A DNA stretch of 64,000 bases from an uncultured Acidimicrobiia bacterium (GCA_963836205.1 CAWIIV010000025.1:1-64000), one strand, 5' to 3'. Numbered from the stretch's first letter, positions 22,027 to 32,695 are shown. Program-made: numbers and translations. Notes: a model not told the origin generated them from the sequence alone.

Positions 22027-22961
22027 ACTGACCCTCCAGGCGAGATCAAGGGTTGAGGGAACCCGACGAGTCGAACTTCGGGCTCCAACAGGACCCCTGA
22101 GCTCTGTTGGACGGCCGCCCGAACCTCTTCCATCAGGGCGACCACGTCGGCCGCCCGTCCCTTGTCGTCCACCTGGAAGAAGTTGGCATGCTTGGGCGAC
22201 ACGAACGCGGACCCTCGCCGCCGGCCCCGGCAACCGGCGGCGTCGATGAGACGGCCGGCCGAGTCGCCCGGGGGGTTGGTGAAGACGGAGCCGGCGTTGG
22301 CCCCGCCCGGCTGGTGCTCCCGGCGCCACCGGACGATGGCGGCCAACTCCGCTTCGGCAGTGTCCCGGTCCCCAAGCGCCAGCCCGAACTCCGCCCCCAC
22401 CACGATCTGGCGAGGACCGATCGCCGAGCGGCGGTAGCCGAGGGCGAGGTCGGCCGCATCCACCTCGGTTGCTCCCTCGTCGGTGCCGTCGAGGTCGAAC
22501 AGGCGGGCCTTCCGGAGGGTGGCCCGGATGTCGGAGCCGTGGCCGCCGGCGTTCATCCGCACTCCCCCACCGACCGACCCGGGCACCCCCACCGCCCACT
22601 CCAGGCCGGTGAGCCCGGCTGCGGCCGTGCGGCGGGCCAGCACCGGCAGGCTGACCGCTCCGCCGGCCCGCGCCACCGTCCCCTCCACCTCGACCGTCGC
22701 GAAAATCTCACCCAGCGTGACGACGAGGCCGGCAAACCCGTTGTCGGAAACCAGCAGGTTCGAGCCCCGCCCGACGATCAGAACGTCGATCCCCGAGACC
22801 GCAACCGCCTTCCGGGCGAGGTCGAGGTCGTCGTCACCCTCGGCCCGCAGGAGCAGGGCGGCCGGTCCACCGACCCGATAGGTCGTGTACGGCCCCAGGG
22901 GAACGTCCCGCAAGGCCCGCTCACCCAGGACCTCGGCCGCGGTGTCCGCCACGCTTGTCAT
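22023..22961 (-). CDS. murB: UDP-N-acetylmuramate dehydrogenase
   Basis: TTYRVGG, GRGSNLL, PGSVGG..MNAG, GSVFTNP, KHANF, LEPEV. Confidence 0.96.
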   Translation of the reverse strand: MTSVADTAAEVLGERALRDVPLGPYTTYRVGGPAALLLRAEGDDDLDLARKAVAVSGIDVLIVGRGSNLLVSDNGFAGLVVTLGEIFATVEVEGTVARAGGAVSLPVLARRTAAAGLTGLEWAVGVPGSVGGGVRMNAGGHGSDIRATLRKARLFDLDGTDEGATEVDAADLALGYRRSAIGPRQIVVGAEFGLALGDRDTAEAELAAIVRWRREHQPGGANAGSVFTNPPGDSAGRLIDAAGCRGRRRGSAFVSPKHANFFQVDDKGRAADVVALMEEVRAAVQQSSGVLLEPEVRLVGFPQPLISPGGSV

Positions 22962-24346
22962 TCGGCGAGGAGCTCGTCGGCGAGGGTGGTGAGATCGCCC
23001 GCACCGAGGGTCAGGCAGAGGTCGCCGGGCCGGAGCAACTGGCGCAGGCGGGCCACCAGGGCCGCCCGCCCGGGGACGTAGGCAACCGACGCGTCGGGAT
23101 GGCGCGTGGTGACCGCATCGACGATCAGCTGCCCGGACACTCCTGCCCGGGGCGCCTCGCCGGCAGCGTAGACGTCGGTCACGAGGACCACGTCGGCGTC
23201 GGCGAAGGCGGACCCGAAGTCGCGCCACAGGGCGGCGGTGCGGCTGTAGCGGTGGGGCTGGAAGAGGCAGACGATCCGCTGCCACTTCCCGTCGCGGGCC
23301 GCGGCCAGGGCCGCCGCCACCTCCCCCGGGAGGTGGGCGTAGTCGTCGACGAACGTCACTCCTCGGCGTTCGCCTCGCAGCTGGAAACGGCGCCCGATCC
23401 CGGCCGAACCTGCCACCGCCGCTGCCACCGGGCCGAACGGCGCCCCCGTCAGCAGGGCAGCGGTGACCGCCCCCGCCGCGTTGCGGGCGTTGTGCAGCCC
23501 CGGGAGCGGCACCTCGACCTCGCCCAGCGGCCGTCCGTGGTCGACCAGCCCGAAGCGCACCGACGAGCGCCCGCCCACCACCGCCACCATCCGCATGTCG
23601 GCCGCCGAGCTGGTCCCGTAGGAGACGGCCCCGTGCCGGCGGCCGAGGGCGGCCGCGCCGGGATCGTCGGCGCACACCACCCGGTCGTCGGAGGCGTGGG
23701 CAAGGAAGCCGTCGAAGGCCTCCTCCAGCACGGCGAAACTCCCGTAGTGCTCGAGGTGGTCGGGCTCGACGCTGGTGACGAGGGCGGTGGTGCACGGCAG
23801 CTCGAGGAAGGTCCCGTCGCTCTCGTCGGCCTCGACCACCAGCCAGTCGCCGTCGTCCCACCGGGCGCCCGAGCCGAGCCCGATGATCTCCCCGCCGACG
23901 ATGAACGACGGGCGCAGGCCGGCACCGACGAGGCCGAGGGCGAGGAGCGACGACGTGGTCGTCTTGCCGTGGGTGCCACTCACCGCCACCGTGCGACGCT
24001 CGCCGCAGATGGCGGACAGGATCGTGGCCCGGGCCAGCACCGGAACCGACCGGTCGCGGGCGGCGACGACCTCGGGGTTGTCGGCCGGAACCGCGGTCGA
24101 GACGGCGACAATGTCGAGCGGCCTGAGATCGAGGGGCGCGTCGAGGCCGAGGTTGGCCGCGTCGTGGCCGACGAAGACCCGCACGCCGAGCCCGGCCAGG
24201 CGGTCGAGCCCGGGCGACGGCCGGAGATCACTGCCCGAGACCTGGTGGCCCATCCCGGCCAGGACCTCGGCGATGGCGCTCATCCCGCTGCCCCCCACGC
24301 CGACGATGTGGATGCGCCGGGGCGGGCGCAGGTCGACCGCGGTCAC
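22958..24346 (-). CDS. murC: UDP-N-acetylmuramate--L-alanine ligase
   Basis: GVGGSGMS, GTHGKTTT, EADESD, DDYAHLP, FQPHRYSRT. Confidence 0.96.
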   Translation of the reverse strand: MTAVDLRPPRRIHIVGVGGSGMSAIAEVLAGMGHQVSGSDLRPSPGLDRLAGLGVRVFVGHDAANLGLDAPLDLRPLDIVAVSTAVPADNPEVVAARDRSVPVLARATILSAICGERRTVAVSGTHGKTTTSSLLALGLVGAGLRPSFIVGGEIIGLGSGARWDDGDWLVVEADESDGTFLELPCTTALVTSVEPDHLEHYGSFAVLEEAFDGFLAHASDDRVVCADDPGAAALGRRHGAVSYGTSSAADMRMVAVVGGRSSVRFGLVDHGRPLGEVEVPLPGLHNARNAAGAVTAALLTGAPFGPVAAAVAGSAGIGRRFQLRGERRGVTFVDDYAHLPGEVAAALAAARDGKWQRIVCLFQPHRYSRTAALWRDFGSAFADADVVLVTDVYAAGEAPRAGVSGQLIVDAVTTRHPDASVAYVPGRAALVARLRQLLRPGDLCLTLGAGDLTTLADELLAE

Positions 24347-25503
24347 CGGCGAGCGTGCTCCTCGACGAGGGCGGCCACCCGGTCGGCGGCGTCGCGCCGT
24401 CCGATCGTCGCCGCCGCCCGGCCCATGTCCGCCAGGCGGGCGTCGTCCGCCAGCAACGCCTCCACCTCGGCCACCAGCCGGTCGGCGTCGAGCTCGCCGT
24501 CGGGGACGAGCACCGCCCCGCCGGCGTCGGCCAGGGCCCGGGCGTTGGCCGTCTGGTGGTCACCCGGCGCGTTGGGCAGCGGAACCAGAACCGCCGGCAG
24601 CCCGACCACCGCCACCTCCGCCACCGTGTTGCCACCGGCGCGGCACACGATGAGGTCGGCCGCGGCCAGGAGGAGGCCCATGCGGTCCTCGTAGCGCACC
24701 GGTTGATAGACGAGGCCACCACCGTCGGGCGGCAGGGCGGGCTGGCCCGACACCACCAGCTCCCAGTCACGGGCGCCGACCGCGTGGCGGACAGCCAGGT
24801 CGCGCCGGTCAGCCCACCGCTCCACCGCGCCCAGCACGGCCCGGTTGATCCGCAGGGCGCCCAGGGAGCCCCCGGTGACGGCGATCACCCGCCGGCCCTC
24901 GGGCAGGCCGAGGGCGATCCTGGCCGCGGCCCGACCCGCGTCGGAGCGGTCGACGGCGAGGATCTCGGGTCGGACCGGGTTGCCGGTGACGACCGCCCGG
25001 GGCAGGTCGGTACCGGGAAAGGAGACGGCGCACGCCCGGGCGAAGCGTCCGAGGAGCCGGTTGGCGGAGCCCGGCACCGCGTTCTGCTCCACCACCACCA
25101 GCGGCACCCGGGTCGCGGCCGCAGCCAGGCCGCAGGGAACTCCCGCGTAGCCCCCGACCGCCACCACCACGGACGGCCGTCGCCGGCGTACGAGCGCCCC
25201 CGCCCGGGCCACCGCCCGGCTCAGGCCCCACGCCGCGCCCGCGTTGTCGACCATCCCCCGGGCCGAGAGCCGGCGGGCGAAACCCCGACCGGGAAGGAGG
25301 GTGACGCCGAAGCCGGCTGCGGGAACCATCTCCGCCTCGAGCCCCCGCTCGCTGCCGACGTAGTGGATCGACGAGGCCGCGTGCCCTCTGCCCACGAGGG
25401 CCCGGCCCACGGCCAGTCCGGGGACGACGTGGCCGGCGGTGCCACCGCCGGCCACGATCGCCCAGGTGGCTGGGTCGTCGGGCCCCTGCCCGTTGGCGCT
25501 CAC
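24343..25503 (-). CDS. murG: Lipid II glycosyltransferase MurG
   Basis: GGGTAGHVVP, GGY, EQN, TGNPVR, GGSLGA, HQTANA. Confidence 0.96.
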   Translation of the reverse strand: MSANGQGPDDPATWAIVAGGGTAGHVVPGLAVGRALVGRGHAASSIHYVGSERGLEAEMVPAAGFGVTLLPGRGFARRLSARGMVDNAGAAWGLSRAVARAGALVRRRRPSVVVAVGGYAGVPCGLAAAATRVPLVVVEQNAVPGSANRLLGRFARACAVSFPGTDLPRAVVTGNPVRPEILAVDRSDAGRAAARIALGLPEGRRVIAVTGGSLGALRINRAVLGAVERWADRRDLAVRHAVGARDWELVVSGQPALPPDGGGLVYQPVRYEDRMGLLLAAADLIVCRAGGNTVAEVAVVGLPAVLVPLPNAPGDHQTANARALADAGGAVLVPDGELDADRLVAEVEALLADDARLADMGRAAATIGRRDAADRVAALVEEHARR

Positions 25504-27490
25504 CCGGGCGTCGGGGACTTGGCGGGGGCGACGGCGTGGCGGGCCACGTTGAGGAGGATGCCCACCGAGGCCATCGTCACCACCAAGGAAGTCCCGCCGA
25601 AGGAGAGGAACGGCAGGGGCACGCCGGTTACGGGCAGCATCCCCGTCACCGCGCCCATGTTGACCAGGGCCTGGCCGATCACCCAGGTGGTGATGCCGGC
25701 CGCCATGAGCATCCCGAAGCGGTCGGGGGCCCGTAGGGCGACGCGTATTCCGAGCACGGCGAAGGCGGCGAACAGGCCGAGGACGAGCAGGGTGCCGACC
25801 AGGCCGAGCTCCTCGCCGACGATGGCGAAGATGAAGTCGGTGTGGGCGTTCGGAAGGAAGCCCCACTTGGCCCGGCTGGCTCCCAGGCCGACGCCGGCCA
25901 CGTGCCCGGTGCCGAGGGCGACGAGGGACTGGGCGACCTGGTAGCCGGTGTTGGACACGTCGGCCCACGGGTCGAGGAAGCCGGAGACCCGTCCCCGCCG
26001 GTAGCCGGCGCCCATGGCCAGCACCACCGCGCCAGCGGTGGACGCCACGCACACGGCGGCCATGCGGAGGAGCGGCAGTCCGGCCACGAACAGCTCGACC
26101 AGGACGATGAGGACGAGCACCATGGCCGTCCCCATGTCGGGCTGGAGCATCACCAGTCCCCCGATGGCGCCGGCCACCACCACCACCGGTCGCAGGGTGA
26201 GGTGGGACTCGTGCATGCGGTCGGAGCGGCGGGCGAGGAGGTCAGCCACGAAGACGAGGAGGGCGAACTTGGCCATCTCCGACGGCTGGAACGTGAAGAC
26301 CCCGAATCCCAGCCACCGGGTGGACCCGCTGACGTTGATGCCGACGCCCGGGATGTGGACGGCGAGCAGGAGGACGAGCGACGCCACCACCAACGGCCAG
26401 GCCAGGCGGGCCCACCGTCGGTAGTCCCACAGGGCGGTGGCGACCATCGCCCCCGTACCCACCGCCACCCACACCGCCTGCTTCTGGAAGAACACCCACG
26501 CCCCGCCGTAACTGCGCAGGGCCTCCACCGACGAGGCCGAGAGGACCATCATCAGGCCCATCACGATGAGGAGGGCGGTGACGGTGGCGAGCAGCACCCA
26601 TCCCGATTCCCGGGCCCCGGCCACGACCAGGCGATCGGGCGGCGGGGTGAACGCCTTCCGCCGGGGCGGGACGGGAGGCCGCGCCGCCGACCGGTTCCGG
26701 CGAGCGGGGGGGCGGGGGGCGGTGACACGGGGCAAGGCCGTGCGGGAGGGCTTCGTCGGCGCCAAGGGCGGCGCCAGGACCTGCGTACGCGCCGCCCGCA
26801 CACCGATCGGCTTGGAACCCCGGGGCTTGGAGAACGGGGACCGCCCCGGGGCCGCGGGGCGCGCCGTACGAGTCGCCGCCGGCCGACGGACCGCGGGCGA
26901 CGTGGGACGGGAATCGAACTGACGGGCGGATGGCGCGGCGCGACGGGCCGTGGCGACGGGATTGGGTTGCCGGGCGAGGGGCGCAGCGGGGCGGGCGGTC
27001 GTGGCGGGAGCGGGTCGGCGGGCGGCGGGGCGATCATGGCGGGTACCCGTGGGTCGGTCGCGACCCGCTGCTGCTCGTCGGACTGGCAACACCACGTGGC
27101 GGGCGAACGGCGACGTCCGACGGTTGGACTGCGTCCCGCTACCGCCCGCGGTGGCGCTTCCGCGCCCGGCGGGCGCGGCCTTTCGGGCTGGGGTCGGTCG
27201 CCGGGCGGCGGGGGCGGGGGGGGCGGGTCGGCGGGCGGGGGGGCGGGGGGGGCGGGTCGGCGGGCGGGGGGGGCGACGAGACGGGCGGCGGGAGCGAGGC
27301 GGCGGGGCCCCGTCTGACGCAGGCGAGGGGCGGGGGCCGACAGGGGCAGGAGGGCGGTGGCGGTGGCCGGGCGGCGGGTGAGGCGGGCGGCCAGGTCCCG
27401 GGCCGCCTGGGTGGCGGGGTCGAGGATCCCGCGATCGACCGTCGCCAGCGGCGATCCCGGCCGCGAGCGCGTCGGGCGTGTCGGCTTCAT
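25500..27490 (-). CDS. ftsW: FtsW with a long basic low-complexity N-terminus; 1-nt frameshift at the G7 run 27237-27243
   Basis: SEDS motifs QPSEMAK, LQPDMG, PNAHTDFIFA, TGVPLPFLSFGG. ATG 27490 overlaps the mraY stop, and one added G makes a single 663-aa frame. Confidence 0.9.
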
Positions 27491-28533
27491 CCGCCCGTTC
27501 CCATCAGTCGGCACACCCCGGCGGAGAGGAAGTTGGCGTAGAAGAGGCCGATGGCCAGGGCCGTGAGCAGCGAGGCCAGGATCCAGAAGCGGACGATCAC
27601 GGTGGTCTCGGGCCAGCCGATGAGCTCGAAGTGGTGGTGGATCGGCGCCATCCGGAACACCCGGATGTGCCAGATCCGGAACCCGATCACCTGCACCACG
27701 ACCGACATGGTGATCATCACGAACAGTCCGCCGACGACTGGGAGCAGCAGGTGGGTGTTGGTGGTGAGCGCGAGCGCGCCGAGGCCGGCCCCGATACCCA
27801 GCGACCCGGTGTCACCCATGAAGATCTTGGCCGGGGCCGCGTTCCACCACAGGAACCCGGCGCACGCCCCGGTGACCGAGGCGGCCACGATCGACAGGTC
27901 GAGGGCGGGCCCGAGGAAGTAGCAGGACTCGTGACGGAACTGCCAGAAGGCGATGAACACGAAGGCGGAGAAGGCGTACATGGCCGATCCCGCGGCTAGC
28001 CCGTCGAGGCCGTCGGACAGGTTCACCGCGTTGGCCGCGGCCATCAGGACCAGCACCGCCCACACCAGGTAGACGGGGTCGCTCAGGTCGATTCCGACGG
28101 TGCGGGCGAAGGACAGGTCGGTCCGGACCTTGGCCTTGTACACCGCCAGCAGGGCAAAGGTGAGGAAGACGATCGTCAGGCCGAGGGTCTTGGCCATCTT
28201 GTTCAGTCCCAGGCTGCGCTGGCGGGAGATCTTGATCCAGTCGTCGACCAGTCCCACCGCGCCTGCCCCGACCATCACCGTGATCACGAGGACCCCGGCG
28301 GCGGTGAACACCGCACCGGTGTTGACGTGGGCCGCCACGTAGCCGGCCACCACCGCGGCCAGGATCGCGATCCCACCCATGGTGGGCGTGCCCGCCTTGG
28401 TCAGGTGGCCCTGGGGGCCGTCCTCCCGGATCTGCTGGCCGATGCCGCGCACCTGGAACGAGCGGATGAGGATCGGCGTCCCGAGGATGGCCACCATGAG
28501 GGCCACGCTGCCGGCGATGAGGAGGGCGACCAT
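27487..28533 (-). CDS. mraY: Phospho-N-acetylmuramoyl-pentapeptide transferase
   Basis: KAGTPTMGG, NAVNLSDGLDGL, IFMGDTG, MAPIHHHFE. Confidence 0.97.
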   Translation of the reverse strand: MVALLIAGSVALMVAILGTPILIRSFQVRGIGQQIREDGPQGHLTKAGTPTMGGIAILAAVVAGYVAAHVNTGAVFTAAGVLVITVMVGAGAVGLVDDWIKISRQRSLGLNKMAKTLGLTIVFLTFALLAVYKAKVRTDLSFARTVGIDLSDPVYLVWAVLVLMAAANAVNLSDGLDGLAAGSAMYAFSAFVFIAFWQFRHESCYFLGPALDLSIVAASVTGACAGFLWWNAAPAKIFMGDTGSLGIGAGLGALALTTNTHLLLPVVGGLFVMITMSVVVQVIGFRIWHIRVFRMAPIHHHFELIGWPETTVIVRFWILASLLTALAIGLFYANFLSAGVCRLMGTGG

Positions 28534-29955
28534 CTAGCTCCCCGCCCCCACGGCCAGGCGCTCGAGCTCCTCGGCCGCCACCACCCGGTCGTCGAAGGCC
28601 ACGACCTGGTCACCCGTGACCTGGGTGGTCTCGTGGCCCTTGCCTGCGACCACGACCACGTCGCCCGGCCGGGCACCGGCGAGGGCGAGGGCGATGGCCG
28701 CCCGCCGGTCGGGCTCGACGACGACGACGTCCGGCCGCTCGACCCCGGCCAGCACCTCGTCGACGATGGCCTCGGGGCGCTCCGATCGCGGGTTGTCGGA
28801 CGTGACCACCGCCCGGTCGGCCAGTCGGGAGGCGACCTCGCCCATCAGCGGCCGCTTGGCGTGGTCACGGTCGCCGCCGCACCCGAACACCACCACCACC
28901 CGCCCGCGCTCGCCGGCCACCTCACGGGCGGCCGACAGGCACGCTTCCAGCCCCGCGGGCGTGTGGGCGTAGTCGACAAACACCCGGAACGGCTGCCCCC
29001 GGTCGACGGACTCGAAGCGGCCGGGCACGACCCGGGCCGACGAGAGTCCGGCGGCCACCGCATCGGCGGGCACGTCGAGCTCGCGGGCGGCGGTGGCCGC
29101 GGCCAGGGCGTTGGCCACGTTGAACGTCCCCCCCGGGCGCAGCCACACCGGGTGCCCGTCCCACAGGAAACGGGCTCCGTCGGGATCCAACTCGAGCCCG
29201 GCCGCGTCGGCCAGGGAGAAGCTGCGGGTGGGGAGGCGGGCGGCGGCCAAGAGGCGGCGGCCCCACGGGTCGTCGGCGTTCACCACCGCCACCCGAGCCC
29301 GCTCGGGTGAGAAGAGGGCGGCCTTGCTGGCGAAATAGTCGTCCATGCCGGCGTGGAAGTCGAGGTGTTCAGGGCTGAGGTTGGTGAACACGGCCACCGA
29401 AAACCAGACGGCGTCCACCCGGTGCAGGGCCAGGGCGTGGGACGAGACCTCGAGGGCGACGGCGGCGACGCCCCGGTCGGCGGCCCCGGCCAGGGCGGCC
29501 TGCAGCTCGGTGGACTCGGGCGTGGTGCGGGGCCCGGACAGGGTGCCGATGACCTCGGCCGGCCGGCCGTCGGCCTCCAGCACCGCCTTGAGCAGGTGGG
29601 TGGTGGTGGTCTTGCCGTTGGTGCCGGTGACGCCGACCACCGCCACCCGCCGGGACGGGTGCCCGTGGAACGCGGCCGCCACCCGGGCCATCGCCGCTCG
29701 GGTGTCGGCGACCACCACCTGAGCCACCGCCCCGCCGATGTCGAGCGTCCGTTCGCACAGCAACGCCACCGCACCGGCCGCCACGGCCGCGGGGGCGAAG
29801 TCGTGGCCGTCGGCCTTCCCGCCCCGGATGCAGCAGAACAGCGATCCGGGAACGACGGCCTGGGAGGCGGAGGTGACGGCGGCGACGTCCGCCCCCGAGT
29901 GGTTTCCCCGGAGCTCCAGCACCTCGACCTCGCCCAGCAGCTGGTCGAGGCGCAC
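28534..29955 (-). CDS. murE: MurE ligase, DAP-type
   Basis: GVTGTNGKTTT, TTPES, EVSSH, DYAHTP, DNPR, AGKGHE. Confidence 0.96.
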   Translation of the reverse strand: MRLDQLLGEVEVLELRGNHSGADVAAVTSASQAVVPGSLFCCIRGGKADGHDFAPAAVAAGAVALLCERTLDIGGAVAQVVVADTRAAMARVAAAFHGHPSRRVAVVGVTGTNGKTTTTHLLKAVLEADGRPAEVIGTLSGPRTTPESTELQAALAGAADRGVAAVALEVSSHALALHRVDAVWFSVAVFTNLSPEHLDFHAGMDDYFASKAALFSPERARVAVVNADDPWGRRLLAAARLPTRSFSLADAAGLELDPDGARFLWDGHPVWLRPGGTFNVANALAAATAARELDVPADAVAAGLSSARVVPGRFESVDRGQPFRVFVDYAHTPAGLEACLSAAREVAGERGRVVVVFGCGGDRDHAKRPLMGEVASRLADRAVVTSDNPRSERPEAIVDEVLAGVERPDVVVVEPDRRAAIALALAGARPGDVVVVAGKGHETTQVTGDQVVAFDDRVVAAEELERLAVGAGS

Positions 29956-30014
29956 GGGCGGCGTCACTCGCTCCGGGCCGAACGGAGCGGCGCCTGGTGG
30001 GGTCGGATCACGGT

Positions 30015-31760
30015 TCAGGCTCTCGTGGGCGAAAGCCCGAGCGTACCGGCCGCCGGGTCCCGGCTCGACGACGTGGCCAGGGGGGCGTCGGTCGTCGGCT
30101 TGGGCGGGACGTCGAACAGGCGGGTACCCGTGGCCGCCAGCTTGGCGAACACGGGGGCCGACACCAGCCCCCCGTAGTAAGGAGTCGGCTCGTCGAGGAC
30201 GACGATGGCCGACAGGCGGGGGGCGGAGGCGGGCACGAACCCGGCGAAGCTGGCCACGTAGGCGCCGTCCTGGTAGCCGAGGGCGTTGTCCTTGGGCTTG
30301 CGGGCGGTTCCCGTCTTGCCGGCCACCGTGTAGTTGGGGAAGGCGGCCGCGGAGCCGGTGCCCTCGGCCACCGCGTCCACGAGCATCTTGGTGACGGCGG
30401 CCGCAGTCTCGGCCGACACCACCCGCCGGCCCTTCTCGACATTGGGCTCGTGCAGCTCGCCGGAGGCGTCGACGATGCCTCGCACCAGGCGGGGGGCCAC
30501 GTACGTGCCTCCGTTGGCGATGGTGTTGTAGGCGCCCAGCATCTGCAAGGCGGTGACGGCCACTCCCATGCCGATGGGCAGGGTGGCGATCGTCGTCCCC
30601 GACCAGTCGTCGGGGGCGGGGAGGATGCCGCCCGACTCGCCCGGGAAGTCGAGGGCCGTCTGGTCGGCCAGGCCGAACTGGGTGAGGTACTGGTTGATGC
30701 GGTCCTTGCCCAGCTTCTGGCCGATCATGATCGTTCCCACGTTCGACGACTCGGCCATGATCTCGTCGACGGACCAGTAGGCGGGTTCGTGGTGCTCGTC
30801 GTCCTGGAAGACGGCGTCGGCCACCCGGTAGCTGTCGGGGACGCTCAGGCGGGTGCCGCCCTCCACCAGCCCCTCCTCCACCGCGCCGGAGATGGTGACC
30901 ACCTTGTTCGTCGACCCCGGCTCGTAGACCCGGGTGACGGCCATGTTGTCGAAGCTGGGCGTGGGCGGGCCGCCGTTCTTGCCCGCGTCGAGGTTGGCCA
31001 GGGCCAGGATCTCCCCGGAGCGGGGGTCCATGACGATGGCGATGCCGCCTTTGGCGTGGGCGGCAAAGATCTGCTCGCCCAGGATTCGCTCCGTTTCGTA
31101 CTGCATGGCCTGGTCGATGGTGAGGACGAGGTTGTCGCCCCGCTTGGGCGGCTGGAGCTGACGGGTGCCGTCGGCGATGTCGTTGCCGGCGATGTCCTTC
31201 TCCACCAACAGCTCGCCGGGATGGCCGGTGAGCTGCTCGTCGTACTGGAGCTCGAGGCCGGACAGGCCCACCGCGTCGCTGCCCACCTCGCCCAGGACGG
31301 GCGCGGCCAGGGTCGCCGACGGCAGGAAGCGCTGCGGCTCCTCCAGGAGGAACACGCCGGCCAGGTCGAGGGCGCGGACGGCGTCGGCGACCTGGTCCTC
31401 CACCGTGCGGGCCAGGTAGGCGAACTCGGTGTCCTCGGTGAGCATGGCGAAGAGCTCGGCCTCGGGCAGGTCGAGCACGGGTGCGAGGGCGATGGCGGCT
31501 GCGGCCGGGTCCTTCACGAGGGACGGGTCGGCCCACACCGTCTGCCGATTGATGGAGATGGCGAGCTCGGTGCCGTTGCGGTCGAGGATCGACCCCCGGT
31601 CGGCGGGCAGGACCCGCGACTCGAGGCGCTGGGACTCGCCGAAGACGGCGTACCGCTCGGCCGACACCACCTGGACGTCGGCCAGCCGCCACACCAGGCC
31701 GGCGAAGGCGATGGCCATGGCCACCAGGAGCGCCACCAGGCGGTGGCGTGGGACGGTCAC
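30015..31760 (-). CDS. ftsI: Class B penicillin-binding protein FtsI
   Basis: RGSILDRNG, EPGSTNK (SxxK), SSN, KTGT. Confidence 0.93.
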   Translation of the reverse strand: MTVPRHRLVALLVAMAIAFAGLVWRLADVQVVSAERYAVFGESQRLESRVLPADRGSILDRNGTELAISINRQTVWADPSLVKDPAAAAIALAPVLDLPEAELFAMLTEDTEFAYLARTVEDQVADAVRALDLAGVFLLEEPQRFLPSATLAAPVLGEVGSDAVGLSGLELQYDEQLTGHPGELLVEKDIAGNDIADGTRQLQPPKRGDNLVLTIDQAMQYETERILGEQIFAAHAKGGIAIVMDPRSGEILALANLDAGKNGGPPTPSFDNMAVTRVYEPGSTNKVVTISGAVEEGLVEGGTRLSVPDSYRVADAVFQDDEHHEPAYWSVDEIMAESSNVGTIMIGQKLGKDRINQYLTQFGLADQTALDFPGESGGILPAPDDWSGTTIATLPIGMGVAVTALQMLGAYNTIANGGTYVAPRLVRGIVDASGELHEPNVEKGRRVVSAETAAAVTKMLVDAVAEGTGSAAAFPNYTVAGKTGTARKPKDNALGYQDGAYVASFAGFVPASAPRLSAIVVLDEPTPYYGGLVSAPVFAKLAATGTRLFDVPPKPTTDAPLATSSSRDPAAGTLGLSPTRA

Positions 31761-31762
31761 GT

Positions 31763-32695
31763 TCAGCCGGCCGGGGCGGGCGGCTGGGCTTCGGTCAGGG
31801 AGACCGGGGGCAGGGGCGGGAGGTAGACGACGGCCGCGGGCGTGATCATCCCCAGGCGGGACTTGGCCTCGGCCACGATCCGGGACGGGGACTCGAGCCG
31901 GGCCACGTCGAGGCGTAGGCGCTGGTTCTCGGCCTGGGCCGCCGTCACCTGGGACTCGAGGGTGTCGAGCGGCCCCTGACCCTGGGCCAGGAGGACTCGC
32001 ACCCCCACGATGGCGAACAGGCCGGCGCAGGCAAGACCGATGAAGGCGCCCACCCACAGCCGCCGGCGCCGCCGGGAGGTCGCCTCGGTGGCGGGGGGTC
32101 CGACGATCCGCAGGGGCGTCCGCCGGGTGGGCGTCGTCCGGGGCTGGGGCGCGGTCAGGGGCAACGGCCGGGCGGTGGCGGCCGCGCCGGTAGGAGCGTC
32201 GGCGGGGGCGGTGGTGGTCGTCCGGGACGAGGTGGCGCGCCGGGGGGCGGCCGAAGTTCCGGCGGACGCCCGGGTCGCGGCGACGGGCCGAGTTGCCGGG
32301 ACGCGGTCGGGCGCGGCGGTGGACGCCCGGGAGGCGCGCCGCGTGGCCGGGGCGACGCGGTTGGCGGTGGCCGTGGTTGCCGAGGCGCGCCGGGTGGCCG
32401 GGGCGGCGCGGTCGGGCGCGGCGGTGGCAGTGGTGGCGGCGCGCGTGCCGGTTCGGGTGGTGGGGGCGGGGCGGCGGGCGGTCGGTGCCACCGTGGTGGC
32501 AGTGAGGACCTCGGCGCGGGTCCGGGTGGTGGGAGCGGTCCGGCGGGGCCCCGGGGCCGCCGTCCCGGGCGTGCGACCGGCGGCAGTGGCGGTCACACGG
32601 TCCCGGGTCGGGGCGGCCTGGGGGTTTCGGGGGGCCTGGTTTCGGGGGGCCTGGGCGTCTCGCGGTGGCCGAACGACGGCACGGGTGGCGGTCAT
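31763..32695 (-). CDS. ftsL: FtsL-like protein with ~200-aa Thr/Ala/Arg-rich N-terminal extension
   Basis: TM helix, short coiled coil and LESPSRIVAEAKSRLGM; lies between rsmH and ftsI with an ATGA overlap to rsmH. Confidence 0.8.
   Translation of the reverse strand: MTATRAVVRPPRDAQAPRNQAPRNPQAAPTRDRVTATAAGRTPGTAAPGPRRTAPTTRTRAEVLTATTVAPTARRPAPTTRTGTRAATTATAAPDRAAPATRRASATTATANRVAPATRRASRASTAAPDRVPATRPVAATRASAGTSAAPRRATSSRTTTTAPADAPTGAAATARPLPLTAPQPRTTPTRRTPLRIVGPPATEATSRRRRRLWVGAFIGLACAGLFAIVGVRVLLAQGQGPLDTLESQVTAAQAENQRLRLDVARLESPSRIVAEAKSRLGMITPAAVVYLPPLPPVSLTEAQPPAPAG

Noticed and set aside
26561-27514. Separate 317-aa ORF or murD remnant between mraY and ftsW
   Set aside because: No Mur ligase motifs; better explained as the frameshifted FtsW N-terminus.
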